Origin: Spirochaetia bacterium | GTDB taxonomy: Bacteria; Spirochaetota; Spirochaetia; UBA9216 | DNA length: 64,000 bases | Direction of reading: 5' to 3' | NCBI GenBank assembly: GCA_965140585.1 | Contig: OZ223272.1 | Location: 416,001-480,000 of the forward strand | Shown: piece by piece, positions 41,779 through 52,190 of the stretch | How positions within the stretch are numbered: the stretch's first letter is position 1 | How the letters are laid out: each line of letters begins with the position of its first letter | Notes under the pieces: model-generated | Database searches by the model: none | Seen by the model: the letters and a program-made list of their open reading frames with translations, nothing else | Told to the model about the DNA's origin: nothing | Position numbers and translations under genes: made by a program

Positions 41779-43135
41779 GATAACGTAAAAAATCTTTCGC
41801 ACATTTAAAAAATAATGGAAAAGGTCCTCAAGAAGGTTTAATATTTTTTCACCACAAAAAATGAACCAAAGAGAGGACCTTTATGGCAACAAATGAGCCA
41901 GGTAAAATTATACAAATAGATGAGCATTTAGTCCAATCACAATTGAAAGAAGTTGTGAGAGACACTGTTGAAGAAACTCTGAATTCTTTGCTCGATGCAG
42001 AAGCTGACAGGCTTTGCGGAGCAGAAAAATACGAGCGAACTGATGCACGTAAAGATACCCGTGCTGGCTATTACAAACGAAACCTTGATACATCTGCCGG
42101 TCGCGTTGAACTCAAAATGCCTAAGCTAAGAAATCTGCCTTTTGAAACAGCAATTGTCGAACGGTATAAGCGCCGAGAGGCTTCGGTTGAAGAGTCTCTG
42201 ATTGAGATGTATCTGGCCGGAGTTTCTGTTCGTCGAGTTGAAGATATTACCGAAGCACTCTGGGGAACCAAGGTTTCATCAGGTACTGTAAGTAATTTAA
42301 ATAAACAGATTTATGAGTAAATAGAAGCTTGGCGGAACAGACCTATCAAGGAGTATTACCTTTATGTTTATCTCGATGGCATAGTATTGAAGCGCTCCTG
42401 GGCTGGAGAAGTTAGAAATGTATCAGTTTTGGTGGCTATAGGGGTCTCAGAGAGCGGTTATCGTGAAATAATTGGTGTTGCCGAGGGAGCAAAAGAGGAT
42501 AAAGCAGGCTGGAGTGACTTCCTGAAGTTCTTGAAATCCCGAAGGCTTAAAGATGTTAAATTGATTATCTCTGATAAGTGTATGGGCCTTGTAGAATCGA
42601 TCTGTGAATACTTCCCCGAATCCAGATGGCAACGCTGTGTAGTGCATTATTACCGCAATGTTTTTTCTGTAGTACCTCGTGGAAAAATGCGAGAAGTTGC
42701 TGCAATGCTTAAAGCAATTCATGCTCAAGAAGATAGAGATGAGGCATTGAAAAAGGCTTCATATGTAGCTAAGAAACTTGAAGATATGAAACTTCACAAA
42801 GCATCGAAAAAGGTATCTGAATGTATCCATGAAACCCTTGAATACATGTTCTTCCCAGAACAGCACTGGCAAAGAATTAAGACGAATAATCCACTGGAAC
42901 GGATCATGCGGGAAATCCGAAGGCGTACCCGAGTAGTTGGTAATTTCCCTGATGGAAATTCTGCTCTTATGCTGGTCTCTGCTCGGCTCCGACATATTGC
43001 CGGAACAAAATGGGGCACAAAAAAATACTTGAACACTGCTCTTTTGAAGGAGTATGATTACATAGAAAAGGAGGTACTTGCATAGCATCTTCTTGAGGAC
43101 CAAATCTGAAAGTGCGAAAGATTTTAAGCGCTACC
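41779..43135 (+). mobile_element. IS256 family insertion sequence
   Basis: 8-bp target duplication gttcaatc (41771-41778 and 43136-43143); imperfect terminal IRs sharing aaaatctttcgcac; Mutator-type transposase. Confidence 0.92.
41883..43085 (+). pseudogene. IS256 transposase with an in-frame premature stop (TAA at 42318-42320)
   Basis: The two ORF-track pieces are in the same frame (400 codons in total); EMYLAGVSVRRV, YLDG, QRCVVH, TNNPLERIMREIRRRT. Confidence 0.9.
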
Positions 43136-43541
43136 GTTCAATCATCATACCACAACCAAATTTTTCTGTTGGTCTCTTGAAGAAACCAAATTTCTCATAA
43201 AATTCTTCTTTTCCTTTTGCTGCCATTAAAGTGATATAAGAATTTTCTGGAGCATTTTCTTCGAGATAAAGCATTATGCTATTCATTATTTTTGCACCAA
43301 TTTTCTTTCCTCGAAAGTCAGGCTTTACAATTATGTCAGAAATAAAATATATAAAGCCTTTATCACCTACAATTCGTCCCATTCCAATTAATTCAGAATC
43401 AGCATAAGCTGTCACACAATATTCTGTATTACTTAATGATATCTGTATTGAGTGATCCGGCGGTAAAGGCCATCCAACAGATTTTCTAAGTTCTTTAAAT
43501 GATGTCAAAGTTATTATTTCTTTTCTGATCTCAATTTTCAT
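43131..43541 (-). CDS. GNAT acetyltransferase cassette (last codon and stop supplied by the IS end)
   Basis: IGMGRIVGD, DIIVKPDFRGKKIG, FYEKFGF. Confidence 0.88.
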   Translation of the reverse strand: MKIEIRKEIITLTSFKELRKSVGWPLPPDHSIQISLSNTEYCVTAYADSELIGMGRIVGDKGFIYFISDIIVKPDFRGKKIGAKIMNSIMLYLEENAPENSYITLMAAKGKEEFYEKFGFFKRPTEKFGCGMMIER

Positions 43542-43561
43542 TAAAGTCCTCAATCAATTTC

Positions 43562-43706
43562 CTATAACGTCCCGGGTTAAGCGAAGCTGAAGTGCTACTA
43601 CAGGAGAGTTTTGCGAATGCGCAAAACCGACTGAACTTGCTCTGCTTCTTCGTAAGCTTCAGTTTGGGTGAGGCCGTATGGCCGAACCGCTTAACCCTTG
43701 TTATCT
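43562..43706 (-). other. attC site 4 (expanded arm)
   Basis: ctataac...gggttaagcg/cgcttaaccc...gttatct, 145 bp. Confidence 0.82.
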
Positions 43707-43763
43707 GCTGTGAACCAGCGTTCCAGACCGTATAACGGAGTTAGGTCTGAAAATTCTTCATTC

Positions 43764-44162
43764 TTATATACTCCAATCTTCGATTTTTAACCCTTTCACT
43801 CTTTCGAATTCTTTAACATTGTTTGTTACAAATATTAATTCTTTATTTAAAGCTTGTGCAGCTAATAACATATCTATTGGACCTATAATCCGACCTTGTT
43901 TTCTTAAATCTGTCTTTAACCTTCCATAATCTATAGCATCTGAATCATCGAAATTTAAAATATTAAAAATCGATAAGAATTTTAGCAATGCAATACGATT
44001 ATTCTCAATCTTTTGACTATTTTCAACTCCAAACTCTAATTCAGCAACTGTTAGGGATGATATGTAGATTCCATCTGAAATCTTTTCTTTCAATTTCTTT
44101 AAAACCGATTCTGGTCTTTTTTTAATTGCGAAAATACAAATATTTGTATCTAATAAATACAT
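43764..44162 (-). CDS. vapC: VapC PIN toxin
   Basis: MYLLDTNICI, AELEFG, IGPIDMLLAA, VTNNVKEF. Confidence 0.93.
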   Translation of the reverse strand: MYLLDTNICIFAIKKRPESVLKKLKEKISDGIYISSLTVAELEFGVENSQKIENNRIALLKFLSIFNILNFDDSDAIDYGRLKTDLRKQGRIIGPIDMLLAAQALNKELIFVTNNVKEFERVKGLKIEDWSI

Positions 44163-44392
44163 TAGAAACTTTCCCTTTCTTGATTCTTTCCCTGTTCTCT
44201 TCCTGTATCCATAAAATCATCCGAAAACTCATTAATCCCTTCAACGAATATTTCCCATAACTTCTCATGTGGAAATAATAAAACAGCATCACCGTGCTTT
44301 TGAATATAAACTTCATCTCCTCTGAACTGGTACTCTTTTGGTAACCTAACTGCTTGAGATCTGCCATTCATAAATATTTTTGCTGTTTGCAT
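44162..44392 (-). CDS. vapB: VapB (AbrB-fold) antitoxin
   Basis: AKIFMNGRSQAVRLPKEYQF. Confidence 0.93.
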   Translation of the reverse strand: MQTAKIFMNGRSQAVRLPKEYQFRGDEVYIQKHGDAVLLFPHEKLWEIFVEGINEFSDDFMDTGREQGKNQERESF

Positions 44393-44410
44393 ATTATCAC
44401 CTCTATATTA

Positions 44411-44439
44411 AATATATACCTTGATATATACCTTGTCAA
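44411..44439 (-). promoter_or_regulatory. Sigma70 promoter of vapBC with direct-repeat operator
   Basis: TTGACA-17-TATATT; CAAGGTATATAT repeated twice. Confidence 0.75.
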
Positions 44440-44522
44440 ACATTACTTTATCCAAAATCTATTATTTTCTTAATCGCCCGTCGGCCGGAGGTCCGGGCGT
44501 CTTCTCTTCGCTGGTTTATTGC

Positions 44523-44599
44523 AGATAACGTTCCAGGGTTATACGACGTTCGGCGCAGCCCGTAGGCCGAATGGCCGGAGCGTGTAACCCTTGTTATGC
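44523..44599 (-). other. attC site 5
   Basis: agataac...gttatgc, 77 bp. Confidence 0.85.
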
Positions 44600-44651
44600 G
44601 CTTTGAGCCTGACATCCAGACCGTTCAACGGAGTTAGGTCTGGATTCTTCT

Positions 44652-45173
44652 TTAATATCGCTCTTCTCTATTTCTTCTATCTATATCCTTCTCAATCTCT
44701 TTAATCATATCATAGTATTCTGAATCAATTGAGAATTTTACACTAACTTCTTTTCCATCCTTCTTATATAATATAATAAAATAAGTATTAGAACCTATCA
44801 TATTAATATTCTTCTCTTCTAAATATTCCACATTTCTTTTTTCAATAATTTCAATATTTTTTTTAAAAATATTGATTATAAGAAATTTTTCATTACCCCA
44901 ATATACAATCTTTATTTTTCGATATGTAAATAAATAAATGCATAAATAAACAACAACCACCAAAATGAAAAATGGTAAAAAACTATTTTTTATAAATCCA
45001 AATGAATACATTAAAAAATATCCAATAATTATTATTGGAAGCAAATATTTAATAACAAAATGCGAATCATTTGAGACTTTCCTATAACCATCATTAATTA
45101 AATTAACGTTATCATCTTTGCTGATTTTATATTCCATTTTTAAAAAATCAATTATTCTTTTTATTATATTCAT
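44652..45173 (-). CDS. Hypothetical membrane protein cassette
   Basis: Two TM segments; fills the cassette. Confidence 0.7.
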   Translation of the reverse strand: MNIIKRIIDFLKMEYKISKDDNVNLINDGYRKVSNDSHFVIKYLLPIIIIGYFLMYSFGFIKNSFLPFFILVVVVYLCIYLFTYRKIKIVYWGNEKFLIINIFKKNIEIIEKRNVEYLEEKNINMIGSNTYFIILYKKDGKEVSVKFSIDSEYYDMIKEIEKDIDRRNREERY

Positions 45174-45338
45174 TATTAATTATCCCTTTCTAAAAAACTT
45201 TGTATTCTTATGTTCTTAAAGTATTAAAAATCAATTTAAACAATCATTTTTGTTAAACACTATAGTATTTTTCATTTTTCCTTCTTTCTCGCCCGTCGGC
45301 CGAAGGTCCGGGCATCTTACTCTTGTTAGGCTCATTGC

Positions 45339-45434
45339 GTATAACGTTCCGGGGTTATGTGACGTACGGCGCCAAGCCGTATGTGGCGCAGCCCGAGGAG
45401 CGTATAGCGACGAAGCACATAGCCCCTGTTATCT
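45339..45434 (-). other. attC site 6
   Basis: gtataac...gttatct, 96 bp. Confidence 0.87.
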
Positions 45435-45504
45435 GCTGTATTTTCGCCTCTTCGACCAGGCCGTACGGCGGGGCCAGGCTGGGTTCTTAAAATCCTCTTT
45501 ACTT

Positions 45505-46368
45505 CTAATTATATCTTCTCGTTCCTATTCTTCTAAACAGAAAACCTCCAATACAAGTATCTTCATATTTCGTACCTGGATATACATCATCAATTCTAAT
45601 TATTACTTCCTGATCGCAGAATACTTTGGTATCGATAAATTGAGGATTAGCGGTATCTTCTATCTCATAGGCCCGCTCAATATCCTTATCTTTACTAATG
45701 ATAGTAAACTTTTTTAATCTTGAATTTTCTGAATACAGTCGTGGTGAATCAAATGATATGTATCCATTAATTATATAAAATCCATCAATTATGCCCTTAT
45801 CACCAGAGAAATGTGTTAAATTCATATAAATTTCTTCACCTAAACCATTTCCAGAAGCAGCTTCAGCCCATGGATGTTTTAGATCAATATAAATTAAATT
45901 TTGCGCTTCATAATCAACCTTCTCTTCGGTTAAATGCGAACTCGAGGTAATTCTTGTAGATAATGATGCGAAACGGTATTTCTTTAAAAATTCTTGTGTA
46001 GCCCCAATAAAGATGGCACTATTTGTCTTATTTAATTGTTCTGACATATAAACTAATAGTAATTCATCATTCTCAAGAAGCAATAGCTTTCTTTCCCCAT
46101 TCACTGTTAAGTAATTAAACCCATTAACCTTTTCTATCTCATAATCTTCGTATAAAACTTCGGAAGGTATTTCGTATGAAACAGCATTTTCATACTTTGA
46201 ATTAATTCCCACACCTGCTTCATTATCCAATCTAAATTGCTGATCACTTATTTCTATTCTTAAATCATCACCAAAAAATGGATCTTCATAATAAAAGGGA
46301 TTATCAATTTGTGCGTAAATCATTTCTAAAGTGAAAAACAATATTGATATACTGATTAACTTTTTCAC
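45505..46368 (-). CDS. Exported protein with NADase-type glycan-binding/discoidin-like domain
   Basis: Signal peptide from GTG at 46368; WAE...GLGEEI, INGY, NSRLK, VYPGTKYEDTCI. Confidence 0.65.
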   Translation of the reverse strand: MKKLISISILFFTLEMIYAQIDNPFYYEDPFFGDDLRIEISDQQFRLDNEAGVGINSKYENAVSYEIPSEVLYEDYEIEKVNGFNYLTVNGERKLLLLENDELLLVYMSEQLNKTNSAIFIGATQEFLKKYRFASLSTRITSSSHLTEEKVDYEAQNLIYIDLKHPWAEAASGNGLGEEIYMNLTHFSGDKGIIDGFYIINGYISFDSPRLYSENSRLKKFTIISKDKDIERAYEIEDTANPQFIDTKVFCDQEVIIRIDDVYPGTKYEDTCIGGFLFRRIGTRRYN

Positions 46369-46472
46369 ATCTTCTCCAATATTTTCATTTTTAATCATCA
46401 AAATATGATTACACTTTCTTAATAGCCCGTCGGCCGGAGGTCCGGGTGTCTTCCTCTTTGCGGGGGCATTTC

Positions 46473-46563
46473 AGCTAACGTTCCAGGGTTACACGACGTT
46501 GGCGCAGCCGAATGTGGCGCAGCCCAGAGGCCGAATGGCCGAAGCGTGTAACCCTTGTTATCT
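46473..46563 (-). other. attC site 7
   Basis: agctaac...gttatct, 91 bp. Confidence 0.85.
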
Positions 46564-46609
46564 GCTTTGAACCCGTCATCCAGACCGTTCAACGGAGTTA
46601 GGTCTGGAT

Positions 46610-46800
46610 TCTTCCTCTCTTCCTCTCTTCCTCTCTTCCTCTCTTCCTCTCTTCCTCTCTTCCTCTCTTCCTCTCTTCCTCTCTTCCTCTCTTCCTCTCT
46701 TCCTCTCTTCCTCTCTTCCTCTCTTCCTCTCTTCCTCTCTTCCTCTCTTCCTCTCTTCCTCTCTTCCTCTCTTCCTCTCTTCCTCTCTTCCTCTCTTCCT
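46610..46800. repeat. Perfect octamer tandem repeat (CTCTTCCT)x23 plus a partial unit
   Basis: Read directly; pure pyrimidine tract. Confidence 0.97.
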
Positions 46801-46830
46801 GTCGATAAAATCAATTCTTTCCCAACTATT

Positions 46831-47298
46831 TCAAGTTAAAGACTTATCAATCGCCTCTCTAATTTTTAAAATCTCTTGGAGCTTTCTTTCCCTTAATATT
46901 TCAATAAATTTATCAGCTTCACCTTCATCAAATTTTATTTCAACTTCTTGTATATTATTTTTATTATTTTCAAAAGTAAGTTTAACTATTCTTTCATCAA
47001 TTTTTACTATATCTTTTATTTTTAAAATCTTAACACTTTTGCCATATACTTCTAAAATTATTAGATCTTCACTGATTATGACATTATACCTTCTTATTAA
47101 GATAGGGGCCAAAGATTTACCCAACACATAAACGCTTATTATGAATGATATAAATATTGCTTTTATCTCAAACCGACTCGGAAAAACTTTATAAACCACA
47201 AAAAAACTAGCAATAATCATCCCAAATTCAACAAGCCCAACTTTTCTTATTTCTTTTGGCTGATAAAATGTATATCTTCCATTTTTATATTTATACAT
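46831..47298 (-). CDS. Hypothetical membrane protein cassette
   Basis: Two TM segments; fills the cassette. Confidence 0.65.
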   Translation of the reverse strand: MYKYKNGRYTFYQPKEIRKVGLVEFGMIIASFFVVYKVFPSRFEIKAIFISFIISVYVLGKSLAPILIRRYNVIISEDLIILEVYGKSVKILKIKDIVKIDERIVKLTFENNKNNIQEVEIKFDEGEADKFIEILRERKLQEILKIREAIDKSLT

Positions 47299-47425
47299 AT
47301 TGCTTATTCCTTAGCTATATTTATAAAATTGTAACTATCATTTATTTATAACTCAAAAACCACATACAAAATCTTCGCCCGTCGGCCGGAGGTCCGGGCG
47401 TCCTCTTTCCTGACGGGTTCATTGC

Positions 47426-47505
47426 TTATAACGTTCTGAGAATGTGCGAAGTCGCCGCAGGCGATTTGGGTGAAGCGAAGCGAAACCGCATATTCGCTGT
47501 TATGT
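47426..47505 (-). other. attC site 8
   Basis: ttataac...gttatgt, 80 bp; the stop codon of the upstream gene lies in the R'' box. Confidence 0.87.
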
Positions 47506-48147
47506 GTCGTTTTTTTGGTTTCGGTGAAATTTAAACACATATGCATACGCTTTTTTTGTAAAATTTTCTCCTACCATTTTTTTCTGGACTTCCTCTAAAT
47601 CAATTGGAGTATTGTCGTCTTTTATAAAATACTCATCTAAATCTGTATCAGTAATACTGAACTTGTCTCCATTTCGTTTAATTATAGCAATTAACTCATA
47701 CTCTTCATCCGCATAGGCGAGACTTGCATCACCATGGCTATTATTACAGACTAATATGCCTTGATTTTTTAAGTATTTTTTACAGGATTGTGAAATAAAA
47801 CCGGCATAAAATGAAAATAAAATATCGAATGAATACATATCAATTGGTAATTCACTTGAAAAATCAGCTTGAAATGCTTGAATCGTAGGATCTTCCTCAT
47901 AGCTTTTATTGAGTTTGATAAAATTTAAGACTTTTTCATCTTCAAAGAACTTTGAAATTCTTTTATCCGAATCAATATATGTCATTTCACGAATATAAAA
48001 TGAAGGAGAAATATGTACAAAACTGCCAGGATAAATACCTTTTGTAGGATTGTATAAGTTCTTTATATTTTCAAATAATTTTTTTCGTTCATCTTTTTTG
48101 TCAATAAAGTATTGCTTATATAACTTCGGTATTTCTAATTCTTTCAT
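47500..48147 (-). CDS. Hypothetical protein, SAM-dependent methyltransferase-like
   Basis: IYPGSFVHISPSF, YIDSD, FDILFS, YLK.QGILV pattern. Confidence 0.6.
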   Translation of the reverse strand: MKELEIPKLYKQYFIDKKDERKKLFENIKNLYNPTKGIYPGSFVHISPSFYIREMTYIDSDKRISKFFEDEKVLNFIKLNKSYEEDPTIQAFQADFSSELPIDMYSFDILFSFYAGFISQSCKKYLKNQGILVCNNSHGDASLAYADEEYELIAIIKRNGDKFSITDTDLDEYFIKDDNTPIDLEEVQKKMVGENFTKKAYAYVFKFHRNQKNDT

Positions 48148-48166
48148 TTAATCTCCAAAAAATGAC

Positions 48167-48257
48167 ACATAACGTTCCGGGGTTATATGACGTTTGGCGA
48201 AGCCAAATGTGCCACAGGCCGAGCCCGAACAGGCGAAGCATATAGCCGCTGTTATGT
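48167..48257 (-). other. attC site 9
   Basis: acataac...gttatgt, 91 bp. Confidence 0.87.
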
Positions 48258-48376
48258 GCTTTGTGCCCAACATCCAGACCGTTCAACGGAGTTAGGTCTG
48301 GATTCCTCATTCTATACAACGGTTTATCTTCACTGAAATCTTGAAATTTTTCAGTTTTCATATTTTTAAATGCCTA

Positions 48377-49780
48377 TTATTGAAAAGCAGGAATGATAAA
48401 TCTTTTCATAATATCATCATCGTATGACCCTCGTACAAAATTTTCTGCAGTAATAACAACAACCAAGTTTAAGTCCTCGATAATAATTATTCGTTGACCT
48501 CCCCAACCTTTAGCGGCTATTGCCCTATATTTTTTTTCATTAACATTATAATTTTTAATCCACCAATAATATCCATATTCATCCCAATTGTTATCATTAG
48601 TTGAAATATGTGTTGTAGTGGATTCTTCTATCCAATCTGCATCTATAATTCGCTGATCATTCCAAATTCCATTTGCCAATACAATTTGACCAATTTTGGC
48701 TATATCAATGGGACGTAATAGAAGTCCTCCCGCCGCGTTTTGACGACCGTCTATTTGTTTGTACCAATATGCGTTTTTTATACCTAATTTAGAAAATGAG
48801 CTTTTACCAGCAGAATCCGCAAGGGATGTTGCGCCCGTCGCATTCTTGATTATTTCGCCTATTACAGTAACATATCCTCCACTATATGTAAAAACCTTTC
48901 CAGGCTCGTATAAAGAAGGAATTGAAAGAACAAACTCAACCGAGTCATTGCTACTCATCTCTCTATTACGAATGTTATCTGAATCATTGTATGAGATATT
49001 CCACTCATTCCAAGCCAATCCAGCTGACATGGTTAATAAGTCTTTAATTGTAATTTTTTCTTTTTCGCCAGTAAGAATTGACTTGTACTCTGGTAAGTAT
49101 TTACTGATGGGATCATCAACACTGTCAATATAACCTTGAGCTATTGCGTCTCCTAAAAGCAGGGATGTAAAGCTTTTACTGATGGACTGCATCTGGTGTG
49201 GCTCTTCCTGGCTCCATCCACGAAAATATTCTTCCACAACTAACTTTCCATTTTTCATTACTAACAAACTGTTTTGTTTCCCGAAATATCCATTTTTGAG
49301 TTTTTCGATCAAATCATTTATTGATACTACGTCACCATTAACCTCGGCTACTGTACCAGTTTTGATTTCGATTTGTGATTCTTCTTCTGTTTCGCTTGCA
49401 TCGATTTTGATCAAATTATCAATTGATTTGTAAATAGCTTCATTATATTCAGTTATAGGTATTTCCAATCTTGTAAGACTTATGTCGATACCATTTTCTT
49501 CGAATGACAAATCTTGATATTTTTTATTTTTCAAATTATTGAAACGACCATCTACAGGATAATTTTTCAAACGAAAGTTGATATCGTTCTCTATAATTAT
49601 TTCATCTTTAACCCTCCAATCATTTATATACAGTTTCCCATTTCGTTCCTTAATGACTACTTTATAAACTTCATTTGAACGATCAGAGTATATGCCAACA
49701 TACTTTGAGTTGTCACCATTATTTGTGCATGAACATAACGCTATTAATAAAAATAGTAGACTTAATTTGACTAATTTCAT
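48377..49780 (-). CDS. Serine hydrolase (beta-lactamase/AmpC-like fold) lipoprotein
   Basis: Lipobox LCSC; SISK (SxxK), LLTMSAG, FTYSG, YGYYWW, GWGGQ; start at 49780 with AAGGAG RBS. Confidence 0.88.
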   Translation of the reverse strand: MKLVKLSLLFLLIALCSCTNNGDNSKYVGIYSDRSNEVYKVVIKERNGKLYINDWRVKDEIIIENDINFRLKNYPVDGRFNNLKNKKYQDLSFEENGIDISLTRLEIPITEYNEAIYKSIDNLIKIDASETEEESQIEIKTGTVAEVNGDVVSINDLIEKLKNGYFGKQNSLLVMKNGKLVVEEYFRGWSQEEPHQMQSISKSFTSLLLGDAIAQGYIDSVDDPISKYLPEYKSILTGEKEKITIKDLLTMSAGLAWNEWNISYNDSDNIRNREMSSNDSVEFVLSIPSLYEPGKVFTYSGGYVTVIGEIIKNATGATSLADSAGKSSFSKLGIKNAYWYKQIDGRQNAAGGLLLRPIDIAKIGQIVLANGIWNDQRIIDADWIEESTTTHISTNDNNWDEYGYYWWIKNYNVNEKKYRAIAAKGWGGQRIIIIEDLNLVVVITAENFVRGSYDDDIMKRFIIPAFQ

Positions 49781-49860
49781 GTAAATAACTCCTTTGTTAA
49801 ATATTTCTCTTCGCCCGTCGGCCGGAGGTCCGGGCGTCTTACTCTTGTTGGGCTCATTGC

Positions 49861-49952
49861 ACATAACGTCCCGGGGTTATACGACGTTCGGCAAAGCCGA
49901 ATGTGGCGCAGCCCGAAGCCCGAATGGGCGGAGCGTATAGCCCCTGTTATGC
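49861..49952 (-). other. attC site 10
   Basis: acataac...gttatgc, 92 bp. Confidence 0.88.
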
Positions 49953-50343
49953 GACGTCGCCTTTATTAGAGAAAGATTCCGATCAATCAAACGATCTAAA
50001 TAATCTCCTCTTACCATTTCTACCCAATATTCTATTCGCCCTTTGCGACTTTCACAATCATTTTTATTTCACCTGCAAGTCAACGAGCAAAGTGAGTGTG
50101 GCAGACTTGCCAAACTGAAAAAACCTGTCATGCCCACGAAGCAGATTTTGATAATTATAAGCCAATACTTTTTCTTTAACGTCAGAACAAACATCGTCCA
50201 ACGCAACGACCTTCTTATAACAACAACCAAATCAAAATCCAAAATCTTCCTCATTCCAGGGCGAATTGAATATTGCAAACTATTTGGTAATCACTTATGG
50301 TTCGGAACTTTCTCCACCCCAAGATCATGCTCCGGCGATGTCC
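49953..50343 (-). repeat. Non-coding cassette type A, copy 1
   Basis: ~391 bp between attC sites, near-identical to six other copies; no conserved ORF. Confidence 0.85.
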
Positions 50344-50438
50344 GCATAACGTTCCGGGGTTATGTGACGTACGGCTTAAGCCGTATGTGGCGCAGCCCGA
50401 GGAGCGCATAGCGACGAAGCACATAGCCCCTGTTAGAC
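50344..50438 (-). other. attC site 11
   Basis: gcataac...gttagac, 95 bp. Confidence 0.88.
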
Positions 50439-50487
50439 GATGTCACGAACCTTCTTCAAAGCCAAGCAACACGGATGTTGTTTGGCT

Positions 50488-50817
50488 TTAATCTATTAAC
50501 ATTTCTTGTAGTATATTCTTGACGAGTTCAACTTCTTTTTTAGTTATTTTCCCTATTTTTTTTATTAGTCTCTTCTTATCAACAGTTCGCAGCTGATCTA
50601 AAACAATCCATCCTTCTTTCTTCTCAAATTTTATTGACACCCGCGTCGGATAAGGATGTGATTTCGTAGTCATCGGAGCAATTATAATTGTCTGAATTGA
50701 CTCATTCATTTCATTTGGTGAAATCACTAAACAAGGTCTTGTCTTTTTAATTTCATGGCCAACTGTGGGATCTAAGTTTATTAAAAATACTTCATATTGA
50801 TGAATTACCATTCCCAT
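50488..50817 (-). CDS. mazF: MazF/PemK toxin
   Basis: LDPTVGHEIKKTRPCLVIS, DQLRTVDKKRL. Confidence 0.93.
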   Translation of the reverse strand: MGMVIHQYEVFLINLDPTVGHEIKKTRPCLVISPNEMNESIQTIIIAPMTTKSHPYPTRVSIKFEKKEGWIVLDQLRTVDKKRLIKKIGKITKKEVELVKNILQEMLID

Positions 50818-51053
50818 TCAAAATCATCCTGATCAGTTAAATTGTCCACAAGTAATGAATCATCCTTATTTTGATGCATCTTCATAAACTCTTCAGACCA
50901 TCCTTCTCTTGGCTTTTTCTTTATAGGTCTAATCAGTATTTCTGTATTATGCACTTCTAACTCTACTTTTTCTTCTATATTTAACTGTTGCAAAATGCTT
51001 TTAGGAATTCGTATCCCTTTTGAATTACCTATAGGAACCACTGAAACTAACAT
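50805..51053 (-). CDS. mazE: MazE/AbrB antitoxin
   Basis: IGNSKGIRIPK. Confidence 0.9.
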   Translation of the reverse strand: MLVSVVPIGNSKGIRIPKSILQQLNIEEKVELEVHNTEILIRPIKKKPREGWSEEFMKMHQNKDDSLLVDNLTDQDDFEWEW

Positions 51054-51072
51054 AATTCACCTCATTATTGTA

Positions 51073-51101
51073 ATTATATAGTAATTACTCCAATTCGTCA
51101 A
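51073..51101 (-). promoter_or_regulatory. Sigma70 promoter of mazEF
   Basis: TTGACG-17-TATAAT with a GTAATTAC palindrome in the spacer. Confidence 0.8.
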
Positions 51102-51154
51102 TCTTTGCTTGCCAGGGATGGTAAGCATCCTCTTTCTCTTAGGTTCGTGATTTC

Positions 51155-51237
51155 GTCTAACGTCCCGGGGTTAAGCGAAGTTGCGCAGCAATTTAGGCGC
51201 AGGCCGAAGGGCCGGAGCCGCTTAACCCCTGTTATGC
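51155..51237 (-). other. attC site 12
   Basis: gtctaac...gttatgc, 83 bp. Confidence 0.88.
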
Positions 51238-51627
51238 GACGTCGCCTTTATTAGAGAAAGATTCCGATCAATCAAACGATCTAAATAATCTCCTCTTACC
51301 ATTTCTACCAAATATTCTATTCGCCCTTGGCGACTTTCACAATCATTTTTATTTCACCAGCAAGTCAACGAGCAAAGCGAGTGTGGCAGACTTGCCAAAC
51401 GGAAAAACCTGTCATGCCCACGAAGCAGATTTTGATGATTATAAGCCAATACTTTTTCTTTAACGTCAGAACAAACATCGTCCAACGCAACGACCTTCTT
51501 CTAACAACAACCAAATCAAAATCCAAAATCTTCATCATTCCAGGGCGAATTGAATATTGTAAACTATTTGGTAATCACTTTTGGTTCGGAACTTTCTCCA
51601 CCCCAAGATCATGCTTCGGCGATGTCC
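51238..51627 (-). repeat. Non-coding cassette type A, copy 2
   Basis: Variant of the type A body. Confidence 0.85.
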
Positions 51628-51805
51628 GCATAACGTCCCGCGGTTATGTGATGTTTTGTGCTCGGCCCTACAGGCCGATTGGCAACTCTTTTGCATACAG
51701 CGCCTTTACCTCACATCTTTCTCCACTTCGCAAAAGTGATGCCAAAACAAAATATGCCGGAGGCCAAGGAGCGTTTAGCGACGCCGCACATAGCCGCTGT
51801 TATAC
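51628..51805 (-). other. attC site 13 (long, linked to type B)
   Basis: gcataac...gcggttatgtg/cacatagccgc...gttatac, 178 bp. Confidence 0.82.
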
Positions 51806-52190
51806 GCCGTCACAAAATAAAGAAAGTTGTACATCATCTTCACAACCTAAAATTTTAGTTCACATTTCAAACTTATTTAATATTCTATTCGACCATACTG
51901 TCTTTCACAATCTTTTTTATTTACTCCGCAAAATAACGAGCTTTGCGAGTGGGCCAGTTTTGCATAAACGTTTCTGCATGCCCCAGCCCCGTACAGATTT
52001 TGATTATTCCAAAGCCAAAACTCTTTCATAGAACGTCAGAAAAAAGTCATTGTTTGAAATTTTTCTTCATCAAAACAAAAATCAAAATCTGAAATCAGAT
52101 CTTAGTCGAACAGAATATTGCCAACTTATTATTTCATTATTTAAGCGCAGCAACTTTCTTCCACCCCATATCCTTGCCCAAAGTGATGGA
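51806..52190 (-). repeat. Non-coding cassette type B, copy 1
   Basis: ~385 bp, near-identical to the 55383 and 61811 copies; distant homologue of type A. Confidence 0.85.

Noticed and set aside
42300-42390. Programmed frameshift or readthrough in the transposase
   Set aside because: Both halves are in the same frame with a single TAA; IS256 transposases are single ORFs, so a nonsense mutation is the simpler explanation.
46419-46839. GREEERKR / SSLPLFLS repeat proteins
   Set aside because: Translations of the octamer tandem repeat running into attC sequence.
49781-49864. N-terminal extension MCNEPNKSKTPGPPADGRR of the serine hydrolase (and similar TPGPPADGR peptides)
   Set aside because: Translation of the leader hairpin; the frame is not conserved among cassettes and the real start has an RBS and lipoprotein signal.
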